Assembly: GCA_014905635.1 (NCBI GenBank)
Contig: CM026547.1
Coordinates: 2,728,001-2,792,000, forward strand
Length of the DNA stretch: 64,000 nucleotides
Reading direction: 5' to 3'
Origin: Scenedesmus sp. PABB004
Lineage: Eukaryota
Part shown: piece after piece, positions 52,997 through 64,000 of the stretch
Position numbering within the stretch: position 1 is the stretch's first letter
Layout: each line of letters opens with the position of its first letter
The notes under the pieces: generated by a model
What the model was told of the DNA's origin: nothing
Database searches by the model: none
What the model saw: only the letters and a program-made list of their open reading frames with translations
Program-made: the position numbers and the translations under genes

Positions 52997-55110
52997 ATGG
53001 AGGGCGCCAGGATGCAGATGCAGGGTGCGCTTCTCAAGCGCAACAGGGCGCACCGCAAGGCCAACCTCCTGGTGCGCGGCGCGGCAAGCGCGCGGCGCAG
53101 CCGGGGCGCGCGCAGCGGCCGCCCGCCCGAGCGCGTCCGGCGCCCGCTGCGCAGGGTTCCCAGTACAAGCGGCGCTGGGTGGAGCTCACCGCCGACACGC
53201 TGGCGTACGCGGCCAGCGCGGCGGAGCTCCGCGGTGGCGGGCGCGTCGCGGTGTTCTCGGTCAGCGAGCTCATCTGGGTGCGCGCGGAGGGCGGCGCCAA
53301 GTTCCAGGTGCGCCGCCGGCGGGGCGGGGCGCCGGCCAGGGCGCTGCTGGTGCTGCGACGCCGCAGCGCAGCGCGCTGCGCCGCGCCGAGCGCGGCGGCG
53401 CGCCGGTGCAGGTCAAGTTCCCGGAGCGCGCGATTACGTTCAAAGCCGAGGCCGGCGGCGACGAGTGCGACCGCTGGGTCGCGGCGCTCGAGGCGGCACG
53501 TGCGCTCAAGGCGCAGCTGCACCGCTCGAGCGGCGACAAGCTGGAGCAGCTCAAGCGGGTGCGGCCGTGCGCGGCCGCCGGGGTGGGCTGCCCCGCATGC
53601 TGTGACGCGCCCTGCTTTGCCCTGCCCTCTCCTGCCCTGCCCTGACCTCCCCTCACCTCACCTGACCTGCCCTGCCCTGGCTGCCTGCGCAGACCGCGGA
53701 GGAGCGGCTGCTCAACCCCGCGCCACTGGCGAGCGGCGGCGGCATCGCCGCCTTCCGCAGCGCGGCAGGCTCGGCGGCGGCGAGCCCGCGCAGCCGCGCG
53801 AGCAGCGCGGGCGCCGCGCCCCCGCTGAGCGCGCTGTCGGCGAGCGCCCACGGCGCCGAGGCTGGGCAGCGCCCGCCATCGCCGCGCTCGCTGCTCGCGT
53901 CGGCGCGCGCGGGCGCGGCGTTTGTCGGCAGCGGCGCGGGCGGCGGCGCCTGCTCGCCGCGGCCGCCGCCGCCGTCGCCGCCGCCGGGCGGCGCGGCGCG
54001 GCGGGACAGCACCAGCAGCGACTCGGGCAGCGACGACGACAGAGGCGGCAGCGAGGACGAGGGCGACGCGTGGGACGCGCGGTCACCGGCGGTCAAGCGC
54101 GCGGCCGCGCCCGCCGGTGCGTGCGTGGGCAGCCTGGCGCGCAGCAGCCTGGAGCTGCAGCGCAGCGCCGGCGCAAGCCAGCGCAGTACCTGCAGCAGCC
54201 CGCTGCCACCGGCAGTCGCCGTCGCGGCGTCCGGCGCGGACGGCGTCGGGGGTGGCTCAGGCGCCGCCAGCCCGTCCACGTTCAGCGCGGGGCGGCGCGA
54301 GAGCCTGCAGCGGTGCGCCGCGCGCCGCGCGCCGCGCTGAGCGGCTGGCTCGCCACCGGGCGGCAGCGCCCTGTGCTGAATCTCCCGCCCCTCGCACTGC
54401 CGCGCCCGCCGCCGCGCCCGCAGGCGGCTGACGCCCGGCGTGATGCTCATCAGCACCTCGGCGCCCCCACGCCCGACGGCTCGGCCGCGCTGCCGCAGCT
54501 CACGGCCGGGGCCGCCGCGCCCTGGCCGGCCGTGGCGGCCAGCCCGCGCGGCGCGCCGCCGGTGCTGGGCGCGGCGCAGCGGGGTGCGGCGCGCCCCGGC
54601 AGCGCGCTGTGCGACGACGACGACGCGCTGTGCGACGAGATTCTGCGCCTGGACCCCGCGGACCTGCTGCCGCCGCCCGGCGCCGCGCAGCGCCTGGCCT
54701 GCAGCCAGGGCCGGCCCGAGTCGGCGCCCGCCAACGCGGCGCGGCCGGGCACGCCGCTCAAGTCGTGCCTGCGCGGCGGCAGCGCCGGAGGCGCCCACCC
54801 GGGCAGCATGTCCTCGCCCTCCTCCGGCAGCGCCGCGCTGGCGGCCGCCGCGGCGGCGGCGGCTGCCGACCTGCGGGGCTCGCCGCTGCGCAGGGGCAGC
54901 GTCGAGGTCGGCGCCGGCGGCACGGGGCGGCAGGCCCGCGAGCGGCTGCGCGGCGACTCGAGCGCGCCCGGCAGCGCGGGCAGCAGCCGCGCCAGCCTGG
55001 CCGGGGGCAGCCCCGCGGCGGTCAAAAACGAGCGACACCCGGCGGCGCTGGCTGCGAGCGCGCAGGCGCGCCGGAGCTGGCTGGGCGAGGGACTCGACGG
55101 CGACGACTGA
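52997..55110 (+). CDS. N-terminal PH-domain protein with disordered Ser/Gly-rich tail
   Basis: MQGALLKR..|GSQYKRRWVELTADTLAY..FQ|VKFPERAITFKAE..ECDRWVAALEAA is a typical PH fold pattern; 4 GT-AG introns; stop at 55110. Confidence 0.8.
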
Positions 55111-55304
55111 GTCAACTGATCGAGGGGCGGCGCGTGCTATCACCGAAGTGCAACGTCGCGGGGCGCGTGCTGGTCGCTGGTCACCTCTCGCTCTCCCGTC
55201 ACTCGCGCACGCGCAGCACGCAGCGCGCGGCCGCACTGTCCCCCCCCTCCCCCCGGTCTGCGCGCTACGGGGCTGGGCGCCGTCCAGCTCCTACTCTCGT
55301 CGAC

Positions 55305-56321
55305 TCACTGCACCGGCGGCAGCACGTTGTCCTGCGCGCCGCGGCAGCAACGGCGGGAGCGCGGGCGTCGCCCCGGCGCGCGGCAGCGCAGGCGGCAGCG
55401 CACACAGCGTGTGCGCGGGCGCGCGCGCCGGCGTGCCTGGAACTGGCCGATGACGTTTCCCGGGGGGCTGTAGTGGCAGACGTAGAGCGAGCAGCGCGGC
55501 GCGTAGCCGCACCCGAGCTCGCGCACGCCGCGCCAGACGATCTCGGTGAAGTGCCCCGTCGCGTAGCTGAACTGCCCGTCCCAGCGATACGACGCCTCCT
55601 CGGCCATCCACGCGCGCATCGCGGCCCCGAAGTTGGGAAAGTTCTGCGCCAGGTTCTCGCCCGGGCCCGAGTGCTGGAAAACACATCGCTCGGCCCACGC
55701 CTGCGCGGCCGCGGCGAGGTCGGCCGACCAGCCGAGCGGGCCGGCGCGGTGCGCGGCGCGGGCGGCGTTGTGCGCGTCCCAGACGCCCTGGAGCTCTGCG
55801 CGGGGCGGGCGGCGGCGCGTCGGCGGCGGCGCGCAGGGCCGGGCCGCCTCGCGCGCGTGGCGCGGCGCGACGTCCCGGCGCCGCACCCGGGTCGCCCAGG
55901 GAGCCCGTGCCGCCAGCCCGGCTCGGCGCGCTGGCCGCCAGTGGGGCCTCCTGCGCCACCGCGGGCGCGGCCAGCGCGGCCGGCGCGGCCGGCGCGGCCG
56001 GGGCAACAGCTGCCGGTGTGCCAGCCTGGCCGACGAGGAACGTTGTGCCGGGCGGCGCCGTCACCTGCACCAGCTGGCCTGCCAGGGCGAAAAGGGCGCG
56101 GGGCGAGGGCAGGGGACGCGTGAGCTGCGCTCGAGCCCGCGCCGGCTGCCAGTCCACGAGCCAGCGGCGCGGAGCTGGCCGCCCGCACCCGGCGCGGCCA
56201 CGACGACCTGCTGCCTGAGCTCGCGCGCGGAGCAGGCGGGAAGGGAGGTGGCCGCCAGGACGGCGAGGACGGCAGCCAGCAGGGCGGGGCGGCCGCACGC
56301 GGCGCTGGTTGCGCTGCGCAT
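55305..56321 (-). CDS. Secreted CAP/SCP (PR-1-like) protein
   Basis: Signal peptide; [54 protein letters not shown]; last intron GC-AG (donor 55436). Confidence 0.9.
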
Positions 56322-56695
56322 TTTGCTGCGGCGGTGCTCAAGCGGGCGGGTATCGCTGGGCGGCGGCGGGTGAGAGCTCGAGGAGCAGCTGGCGCGTCTC
56401 TGTGGAGCAGCACGCGGACGCACGCGCCACCGCCGCCGCCGCGCGCGCAGGACGGCGGCACTTTTGCACGCGTCCGCCCGCCTCCCCAGCAAACCGCCAC
56501 CTGCTGCTGCGTCCGGTCCCGCCGAAGGCGTCCAGAACTCCTCTCGACACGCTCCTGCTGCGCGACACGCCGAGTCGACCACTACCGCGCGCAGCCCGCG
56601 GCCCGGGCAGCGGGGGGCTGGCCGCCCCGCTCACGAGCTCTCCGCAAGCTCTCCAGCCTTCTGAGAAACAGCGCGCGCCAGGCCCACGCCGCGCC

Positions 56696-59172
56696 ATGGA
56701 GCTCGCGCCGGCGCTGGCCGCGGGCGGCGCTGCTGCTGCGGCCGAGTCGCCGCTGCGGGCCTGCGCCTCAGTGGGCGCGCTGGAGCGCGCGCTGGACTCG
56801 CTGGACCTCAGCGGAGGCGGGCTGGCGGCGTCGCAGAGCTTCAGGTGCGGCGCCGCTTCTTCTTGGCGCGGGCGGCGGGCGCGCGCAGCGGGCGCGCGCG
56901 CTGCTGGCTGGCGCGCCGGCCGAGCTCCGCCGAGCGCCGCCCGCGGCGCCGGCGCACGCCCCGCAGAAACCTGGAGCACCTGCTGCTCGCCGCGCAGCAG
57001 CAGCAGCTCCGCCAGCTGCGCCGGCTGCAGATGCTGAAGCGGCAGGAGGAGATGGCGGCCGCGCAGCAGGCGGCGTGGCAGGCCAAGGAGCAGGCGGAGC
57101 AGCTGAGGCTGGAGCTCAAGGCCGCGCAGCAGGCCGAGGTGCGCGAGCGTGCTGCCGCCGCCGCAGCAGGCGGCCGGCCGCGTCGTGGCCGACCGCGTCG
57201 CGGCCGCGTGTGGCCTGGCGGCGAGCGTCGCGCCCCCCCCCCTCTCCCCCGCCGTGCGCGGCCCCCCAGGAGGCGGCGCGCAAGGCGGCCAAGGCGGCGG
57301 AGGTGGAGGCGCGGCGCCGCGCGGCGATGGCCGCGGCGGAGCGCCAGGAGGCGGCCGCGCGGCGCCAGCTCGAGGCCAAGCTCTCGCGCGCCAAGCCCCG
57401 CCTCGACGCGGCAGTGCTGGAGTATGAGCGCCGCGCGAGCGCCGCGCGCGCGGCGGCGCGCATGGTGCGCACGCAGGCGCGCAAGGAGCAGGTGCTGGAG
57501 GAGAAGCGCGCCGGCATCCTCGCGGCCGAGGCGGCGGCGGAGCGGCGGCTGCAGCAGAAGCAGGAGGTGCGCGGCGCGTGCGTGCAGGGGCGCCAGCGGC
57601 GGCGGGCGCGGCCGCGCCGCCGCGCCCCGCCTGCCGCCCGCAGCCCACGCCCGCGCCGGCCGGCCCGCCCGCAGCTGCGCCTGCTGCAGGAGGCCATCAA
57701 ACGCGAGGAGGAGTCCCTGGCGGAGGAGCACAGGCGCGCATGCGCAGCGGCGCGGCGCGCGGCGCCCCGCCGCCGCGCCGGCGGCGCGGCGCCGCCGAGC
57801 CCCCCGCCCTTGGGCCCGCAGGAAGGAGATCCAGGCGCGCGCCAAGGCGGACGAGGCGGCCAAGGTGGCGTTCTACGAGGCCAAGCAGCGCGAGCGCGAG
57901 CAGCGCGTCGCGCAGGTGTGCGCGCGGCGCAGCAGGGGCCGGCGCGCGCCACAGCACTGCGGCCGACGCGGCCGCCGCCGCCGCCGCCGCCGCCGCGCAG
58001 CGCCAGCAGGAGGCGGAGCTCCTGCGCGGCCTGCGCGCCGACGAGGCGCGCGCGCGGCACGAGTGGGCGCGCTGCCGCGCCGACGAGGTCAGCCTGCAGG
58101 AGGAGGCGCGGCGCGAGGCGCTGGCCAGGAACCTGCAGGCCAAGCTCGCGCGCGCCGAGGCGCTGGCCGCGGAGCGCGAGGCCGTGGCGGCGCAGATCAA
58201 GCGCGCGCTGGACGCGCAGGAGGTGCAGGTCCAGCAGGTGCGCGCCGCGCCGCGCGCGGGCGGGCGGCGCACGCCGCCAGCCCGCTCGCCGGCGCCCGCG
58301 GGCGGTGACGGCGCGCGCGCCGACGCCCGCGCCCGCCGCGCACGTGCGCGCGCAGGTGCTGCAGCGCTGCGCCGCGACCGGCAAGCTGGAGCTGCCGGCC
58401 GACCTGCTTGCCACCCTGGCGGGCCTGCAGACTGCGGTCGCCAGCCCCTACGCCCGCAGCAGCGCCGGCCGCGCGCGCAGCGCCAGCCCCGGCCGCAGCA
58501 GCCCGGGCGCCAGCCCTGGCCGCAGCAGCCCGGGCGCCAGCCGGCCCGGCAGCCCCGTCGGCCGCGCGGTGAGCCGCGGGGGCGGCGGTGGGGGTGGGGG
58601 CTGGATCGGGCGCGCCCGAACCCAGCTGGCGGCGTCCGTCGCCCACGCCGCCAACGAGCCCGGCCGCCCGCCCCGCCCGCCCCGCCCGCCCGCCGCGCCG
58701 CGCCGCCAGTCGTCGTGCTCGCCCGCCAGCCCGCGGCGGGTGCTCCCGGCCGAGGTGCCCATGGGCCCGGGCCTGACCGCGGGCGCGGCGGCCGCGCTCG
58801 CGCGGCAGCAGGAGGCGGCGCTGCAGCGCGTGCTGGAGGAGGAGATCATGGCAGAGACGGCCCGCGAGGCAGCGCTCGCGCGCGTGCGTGCGCCGCGTGC
58901 CCCGCGTCGAACGAGCGCGCGCGCGCGCGCGCTCGGGCGCGCCGCCGCGCGCCGACGACGCGCGGCCCTCCGTCCGCGCGCAGACGGCCGACGCCGACGA
59001 GCGCCGCCGCCTGATGCGCGAGTTCACCGACGAGCGCGCCGCGGCCAAGGCGCGCATCCTCGAGGCGGGGCGGGCCCTGCTCGCGCGGCGCGAGGCCGCC
59101 GCCAGCGGCGTCGCCGCCGGCCGCCCGGCGGCGGCGGTGGGCGCGGCGGCGGCGGCGGAGGCGGAGGCGTAG
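56696..59172 (+). CDS. Coiled-coil E/R/K/A-rich protein of unknown function
   Basis: Eight exons splice in frame (NLEHLLLAAQQ.., EAARKAAK.., KEIQARAK.., ..LQRVLEEEIMAE..ERRRLMREFTDERAAAKARI..*); no diagnostic motif. Confidence 0.7.
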
Positions 59173-59467
59173 CGGCGGGGCGCGCGGGCCGGGGCGCAGG
59201 GCGCAGCGGCGGAGCGGTAGCGGCCGGCGCCGCCGCTCCGCCCCCGCCATTCCCACGGGCACGCGGACCCGCCCGGCACGCGCACGCGGTGCCAGATCGC
59301 CGGCAGCCCTCGCGAGCGCGTGCGGGAAGCAGCTGCTTTTGGTACTCCCCGTCGCCGCCCCCGCCGCGCCCGCTCGCGCGCGTCGTTCGCGGTCCTCGCC
59401 GGGCATGCCGCGCCGGCGGACCAGCAGGCGGTGCCGGGCCTGAGCGGAGCGGGCCTCGCCGAGCACG

Positions 59468-62400
59468 ATGGAGGGCGCGGAGGCGGCCGGCGCGGGCGTC
59501 GGGTGCGTGTCCCCCCGCGATGGGAGGCCCGGGATCGGCGCGGCGGGCGGCCCGGGCGGCCGGGGCGGGCGCCGGGCGACTCGTGCAGCGCAGCGAGCGG
59601 CCGGGCGGCCGCGGCGCGGCGCTGTGCGATGGCTGGGTCGACCCAGCAGGCCGCCGGCGTGGCCCGAAGCCCGCGGGGGGCGCGCGGGCGCGCGGGCGCC
59701 GGCCATCGCCCACCAGCCTGCGCCCGCCCTGCGCGCCCCGCGCCGCCCGCGCAGGTGGGCGGCCCTGCCGCCGGAGCTGCTGCGCCGCGTCGTGGGGCAG
59801 CTGCTGTGCGACTGGCTGTACCCGGCGCCGGCGCGGCCCAGCGACGCGCTGCTGCCCCTGCGCGCGACCTGCCGCGCCTGGCGCGGCGTCGTGGACGCGG
59901 ACGTGACGCACCTGGGCGCCACCACGCCCTGCGTGGAGCCCGGCTTCCTGGCGGCGCACTTTCCCGCCGCCACGAGCCTCGACCTGAGCCGCTACCAGCG
60001 CAGCGCGCAGGAGCTCTTCCCCGCGCTCGCGCGCCTGCGCCTCACGTGCGCGCGCCGCCGCGCCGCGCGCCGCCGCGCCGCGCGCCGCCGCGCCGCGCGC
60101 CGCCGCGCCGCGCGCCGCCGCGCGCCCGCGCTCGCGTCGCGCAGCGCGCAGCGCGCACGAGCGCGGACGGCGGCGCGGCCGTCTGCGCGGGCGGCGGCGC
60201 CGGCAACGGCGCTCACGCGCGCCGCGCGCCGCGCGCAGGTCGCTGGTGCTGGCGGACCCGTGGGACCCGCCCATGGCGCTGCCGACGCAGTCGCTGACCG
60301 CGCTCAGCCACCTGAGCTTCCTCGCGGAGGGCCTGCTCGTGCCGCGCCTCGCGGCGCAGTTCTGCGCGGCCCTGGGGCAGCTGCAGGCGCTGCGCCACCT
60401 CGCGCTCAGCCGGCTGCAGCTGTCGTCGCAGGCGGCGCAGCTGCTGGGCCACACGCTCACGCAGCTCCCGCACCTCGAGCTGCTCGCGCTCTCGGGCGGC
60501 GCCGCGCCCGTCGGCGCGGCGGAGCTGTACGTGCTGCTCAACGGTGCGGCGCGCAAGCAGCATGCGCGCGCCGCGCAGCGCAGCGGCCGGCTGCCCGGGC
60601 GCGCCGCACGCCCCGCCGGCGCGCGCGCGCGCTCACGCCGCGCCACGCCACGCCGCGCCGCGCGCAGTCGAGCTGCCGGGCCTGCGCGCGCTCGAGCTGA
60701 CGCGCCTGGGCGTGCGCATGCTGCCGCTGAGCCTCACGCGCCTGTGCGGGCTGAGCCGGCTGACGTTCAGCGGCGAGATGCTGCGCAACGTGCAGCTGCG
60801 CGACGAGCTGCGCCAGCTGGAGGGCCTGCGTGTGCTCGACATCTCGGCCAACCTCGCGGAGCAGCTCCCCGGCGGCGTGCTGGAGCTCACCGGTCTGCGC
60901 GAGCTGCACGCGGGCATGAACCGCCTGGGCATGCACATGCACAGCTTCCGCCGCATGGAGGCGCTCGAGGTGCTCGTGCTGGCGAGCAACAAGCTGCTCG
61001 CGGTGCACCACAGCCTCTGGGCGCTCACCAGCCTGCGCCGGCTCGACCTGGGGCACAACAACCTCAGCGAGCTGCCCGCCGACGTCGGGCAGCTCGTGGA
61101 GCTCACGGTGCGGCGGCGCACAGGCGCAGGGGGGCCTCGCGGCGCGGCCGCGCGGAGCAGCCGCCGCCGCGCGCGGCGCGTGCGCGGCAGCGCGCCCACG
61201 CCGCGCGCCGCCGCCGCCGCGTCGCGTCCGCGCCGCGCAGTACCTCAACGTGTGCCACAACTTTCTCACCGCGCTGCCGGCGGGGCTGAGCTGCCTGGTG
61301 GCGCTGGAGGAGCTGGACGTGAGCCTCAACACCGACATGCGCGAGCTGCCGCAGGGCCTGGGCCAGCTCTCGCGGCTCACGCGCCTCACCGCCAGCCACA
61401 TGCGCCTGAAGCAGCTGCCGATGTGAGCCGGCGGGGCACGCGGCGGCCGCCGGGGCGCGCCGCCCGCCGGCGCGCGGCGCGCCTGCGCGCGCCGCCGTGG
61501 GCGACGCTGACGGCCCGCCCGCCCGCTGCTGCACACGCAGGGACGTCGGCGGGCTGGTGTCGCTGGTGCACCTGGACGTGTCGCACAACAGCCTGCACCA
61601 CCTGTCGCCGCAGCTGTCGTGCCTGGCGGGGCTCACGCACCTCGAGGCCAGCGACAACAAGCTCCACCAGAGCGCGGCGGTGCCGGAGGAGCTGGCCAGC
61701 CTCACCGCGCTGCGGGTGCGCGTGCGGCGCAGCGGGGCGCCGGGGCGCGGCACGCGGGCGGGCTCTAGCTCACGCCGCCATCGCCGCCGCCCCCGCTTGC
61801 CGCCAGGTGCTGCGCCTGGCGCGCAACCGGCTGCAGTCGCTGCCCGAGGCGCTGGGCTGCTACAGCCGGCTGCAGGTGCTCGACTGCAGCGGCAACCGCC
61901 TCACCAGCGTGCCGCGCGTGGTCGGGCGCTGCACGGCGCTGCAGCAGCTGCTGATGGCGAGCAACCGCCTGCGGGGGCTCACGAGCGGCATCGGCAACCT
62001 GGTGCGGCTGCAGGTGCTCGACCTCAGCCACAACCAGTACCGCCACCTGCCGACCATGACCGGCGACCTCACGCAGCTCCAGGCGCGACCCCGCCTGCCC
62101 GCCCGCGCGCGCCGCGGCGCCGACACAGCCGCCGCCGGCGCCGACGCTGCCGCCGCCGACGCTGACGCGCCGCCGCCGCGCTGGGGCTTGTGCCGCGCCG
62201 CCGCGCAGGCGCTGCTGCTGGAGGACAACCAGCTGGAGGACCTGCCCAGCAGCTGCAGCGCGCTGCTCAAGCTCACGGCGCTCACGCTGAGCAGCAACCG
62301 CCTGCACGTGCTGCCGCCCGCCATCGCGCGCATGAGCGGCCTGGCCAGCCTCAGCCTCGCGGACAACCCGCTGCTCGGCCGCGACGCGGTGGTGCTGCAG

Positions 62401-63125
62401 CTGCAGCGCCAGCTCCCCGGCCTCGCGGTGGACCACCTGCCGTCGCTGCCCGCGGGCGGCGCGCAGCTGCCGCTCGAGGCGATGCAGCAGCATCTGCTCA
62501 GCGGCTGGGGCGCCGCGGCGGGCGGCGGCTCGCCCCTGCCGGCGGCGGCGCCCGCGGCGGACGGCGGCGGCGCGGTGGGCGGCGCGGCCGCCGCGCCGGG
62601 CTGGCTGCTGCAGCCGGGCGCGTTGCCGCGCAGCCTGGCGCAGCTGGTGCAGCAGGCCATCGACGCGGCGCAGGAGCAGCCGCAGCACACGCGGCAGCTC
62701 ATCAAGCTCGTGCTGGGCGAGCGCTTTGGGGCCGACAGCGGCAGCGACGGAGCGGCGGCGGGCCGCGAGGGTGCCGCCGCCGCGCCGGCGAGCGGCGGCG
62801 CAGGCTCGAGCGCAGCCGCTGCGGCGGCCGCCGCCAGCGCGCCGCTCAACCCCGGCACGTGGCCCGGCCACCCGGCGGGCGAGCCGCTCCCCTGGCAGCG
62901 CATGCTGGCGGCGCAGCCGCCCGCCAGCCACCCCATGCTGCACCTAGGGGACGCCTCGGCCGGCTCGAGCGAGGGCGGCGCCGGGCTGAGCGACGCAGCG
63001 AGCGCGGCGGCCTGCGCCGCGCAGCTGCACCTCGCGGCGTCGCTGCAGCAGGCCCAGGCGGCGGCAGCCTCGGTCTTCCAGGCCCACCAGGAGCTCCAGG
63101 CCGCCGCGGGCACGCGCTTCAGCGA

Positions 63126-63157
<32 letters not shown>

Positions 63158-63970
63158 CCGGCGACGGCGGCCGCGACAGCAGCCCGCTCGGCGACGGCGC
63201 GCCCGGCGGGCACGGTCTGCGGCACCTGCTGTCGCCCGCGCGCAGCGCGCCGGCGCCCGGGAGTGCGTCGTCGAGCAGCGGCGGAGGCGGCGGGTGCGGG
63301 CGGGTCAAGTCGTACCTTGAGGTCGCCACGTCGCCCGCCACCACGGCGCGCAGCAGCGCGGCGGGGACGAGCAGCGGCGGCGCGAGCGCGAGCGCGGCGA
63401 GCCGCGGCCTGACGCGCGCGTCGTCGCTCGACCCCGGCGGCCTCGCCGGCGCGGCCTGCTTCCAGGCGGGCGCGCTCGCGCAGCAGCGGCAGCCGGGCCT
63501 GCACCGCTGCCACAGCGCAGCGCCGCAGCTCGCGTGCGCGCTGTCCGGCGGCCTGCTCGCGCCCGTGGGCTCGTTCGGCGGCTGCAGCAGCGTGAGCGCT
63601 GCGGCCGGCGGCCGCGGCGCCGGCGCGCCCGGCAGCAGCGGCGGCGGCGGGGGGCGGCAGCAGCGGTGGCGGCGCGGGCAGCGCGGGCAGCGCGGGCGGC
63701 GCGCCCTCCGCGGCGGGCGACATGGACGACGTCTCGAGCGCCGCGGGCGTGGAGAGCTGCGGCTCGGAAGACAGCGGCTCGGACGTGCTCGTGCACCTCG
63801 CGTGCGCGGAGCAGGCGCCGGCCGACGGCCAGCGCGGGCAGCCGTCGCCGTCGGCGCAGGCGCCCGCGCCGCCTGCGCCGCCTCCGGCGCAGCCGCCGGC
63901 GCGGCAGGGCGAGCGCAGCTTCACGCAGCACATGCTGGAGGGCGCGTGGTGGGGCCGGCGGCGGGGGTGA
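59468..63970 (+). CDS. F-box-like plus leucine-rich repeat protein with low-complexity tail; 3' end depends on a frameshift
   Basis: WAALPPELLRRVV..LRATCRAWR (F-box-like); many LxxLxLxxNxLxxLP repeats (LRRLDLGHNNLSELP, LQVLDCSGNRLTSVP, LTALTLSSNRLHVLP); 7 introns; frame change at G6 63649-63654. Confidence 0.8.
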
Positions 63971-64000
63971 CGCGCGGGGGGCGCACTGTCATTGGCGGCG

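Noticed and set aside
49969..55110. 1713-aa + strand ORF and the many other long Arg/Ala/Pro-rich ORFs in the track
   Set aside because: Stop codons are rare at this GC content. This ORF is antisense to two genes and matches the PH gene in only two exons, so these are shadow frames.

Overview
This window is eukaryotic nuclear DNA of extreme GC content (about 80% by eye, not computed). It is gene-dense, intron-rich and almost certainly from a chlorophyte green alga: it carries a plastid KARI, a thylakoid FKBP, an OPR-like protein and TGTAA poly(A) signals. A Sphaeropleales-type genome is plausible, but the species cannot be determined here. Most ORF-track entries are GC shadow frames. Manual splicing gives 22 protein-coding genes: FKBP16-4-like, SOUL haem-binding, WDR7-like, PITH-domain, PEX7, NT-C2/coiled-coil, KCR/HSD17B12-like SDR, DGAT2, acetoacetyl-CoA thiolase, GH18 chitobiase, a tail-only H1-like basic protein, OPR-like, RluA pseudouridine synthase, U2AF65, KARI, CDT2/DTL, a peroxisomal flavin amine oxidase, a hypothetical protein, PH-domain, CAP/PR-1, coiled-coil and F-box/LRR. 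Five observations stand out. (1) About one fifth of the introns I could place (18 of ~86) use a GC donor, always after exonic AG. (2) A 125-aa spliced histone-H1-like protein has no globular domain. (3) A 1128-bp tandem amplification copies the chitobiase 3' end, with a mosaic junction that supplies an in-frame splice acceptor. (4) Six apparent 1-nt frameshifts all sit in G runs, mostly CCGGG(G), and are probably assembly errors. (5) Three adjacent acyl-CoA/lipid enzymes include a thiolase with a duplicated start, an NQAF motif and a SAL> terminus. No rRNA, tRNA, CRISPR or intact transposon was recognised.
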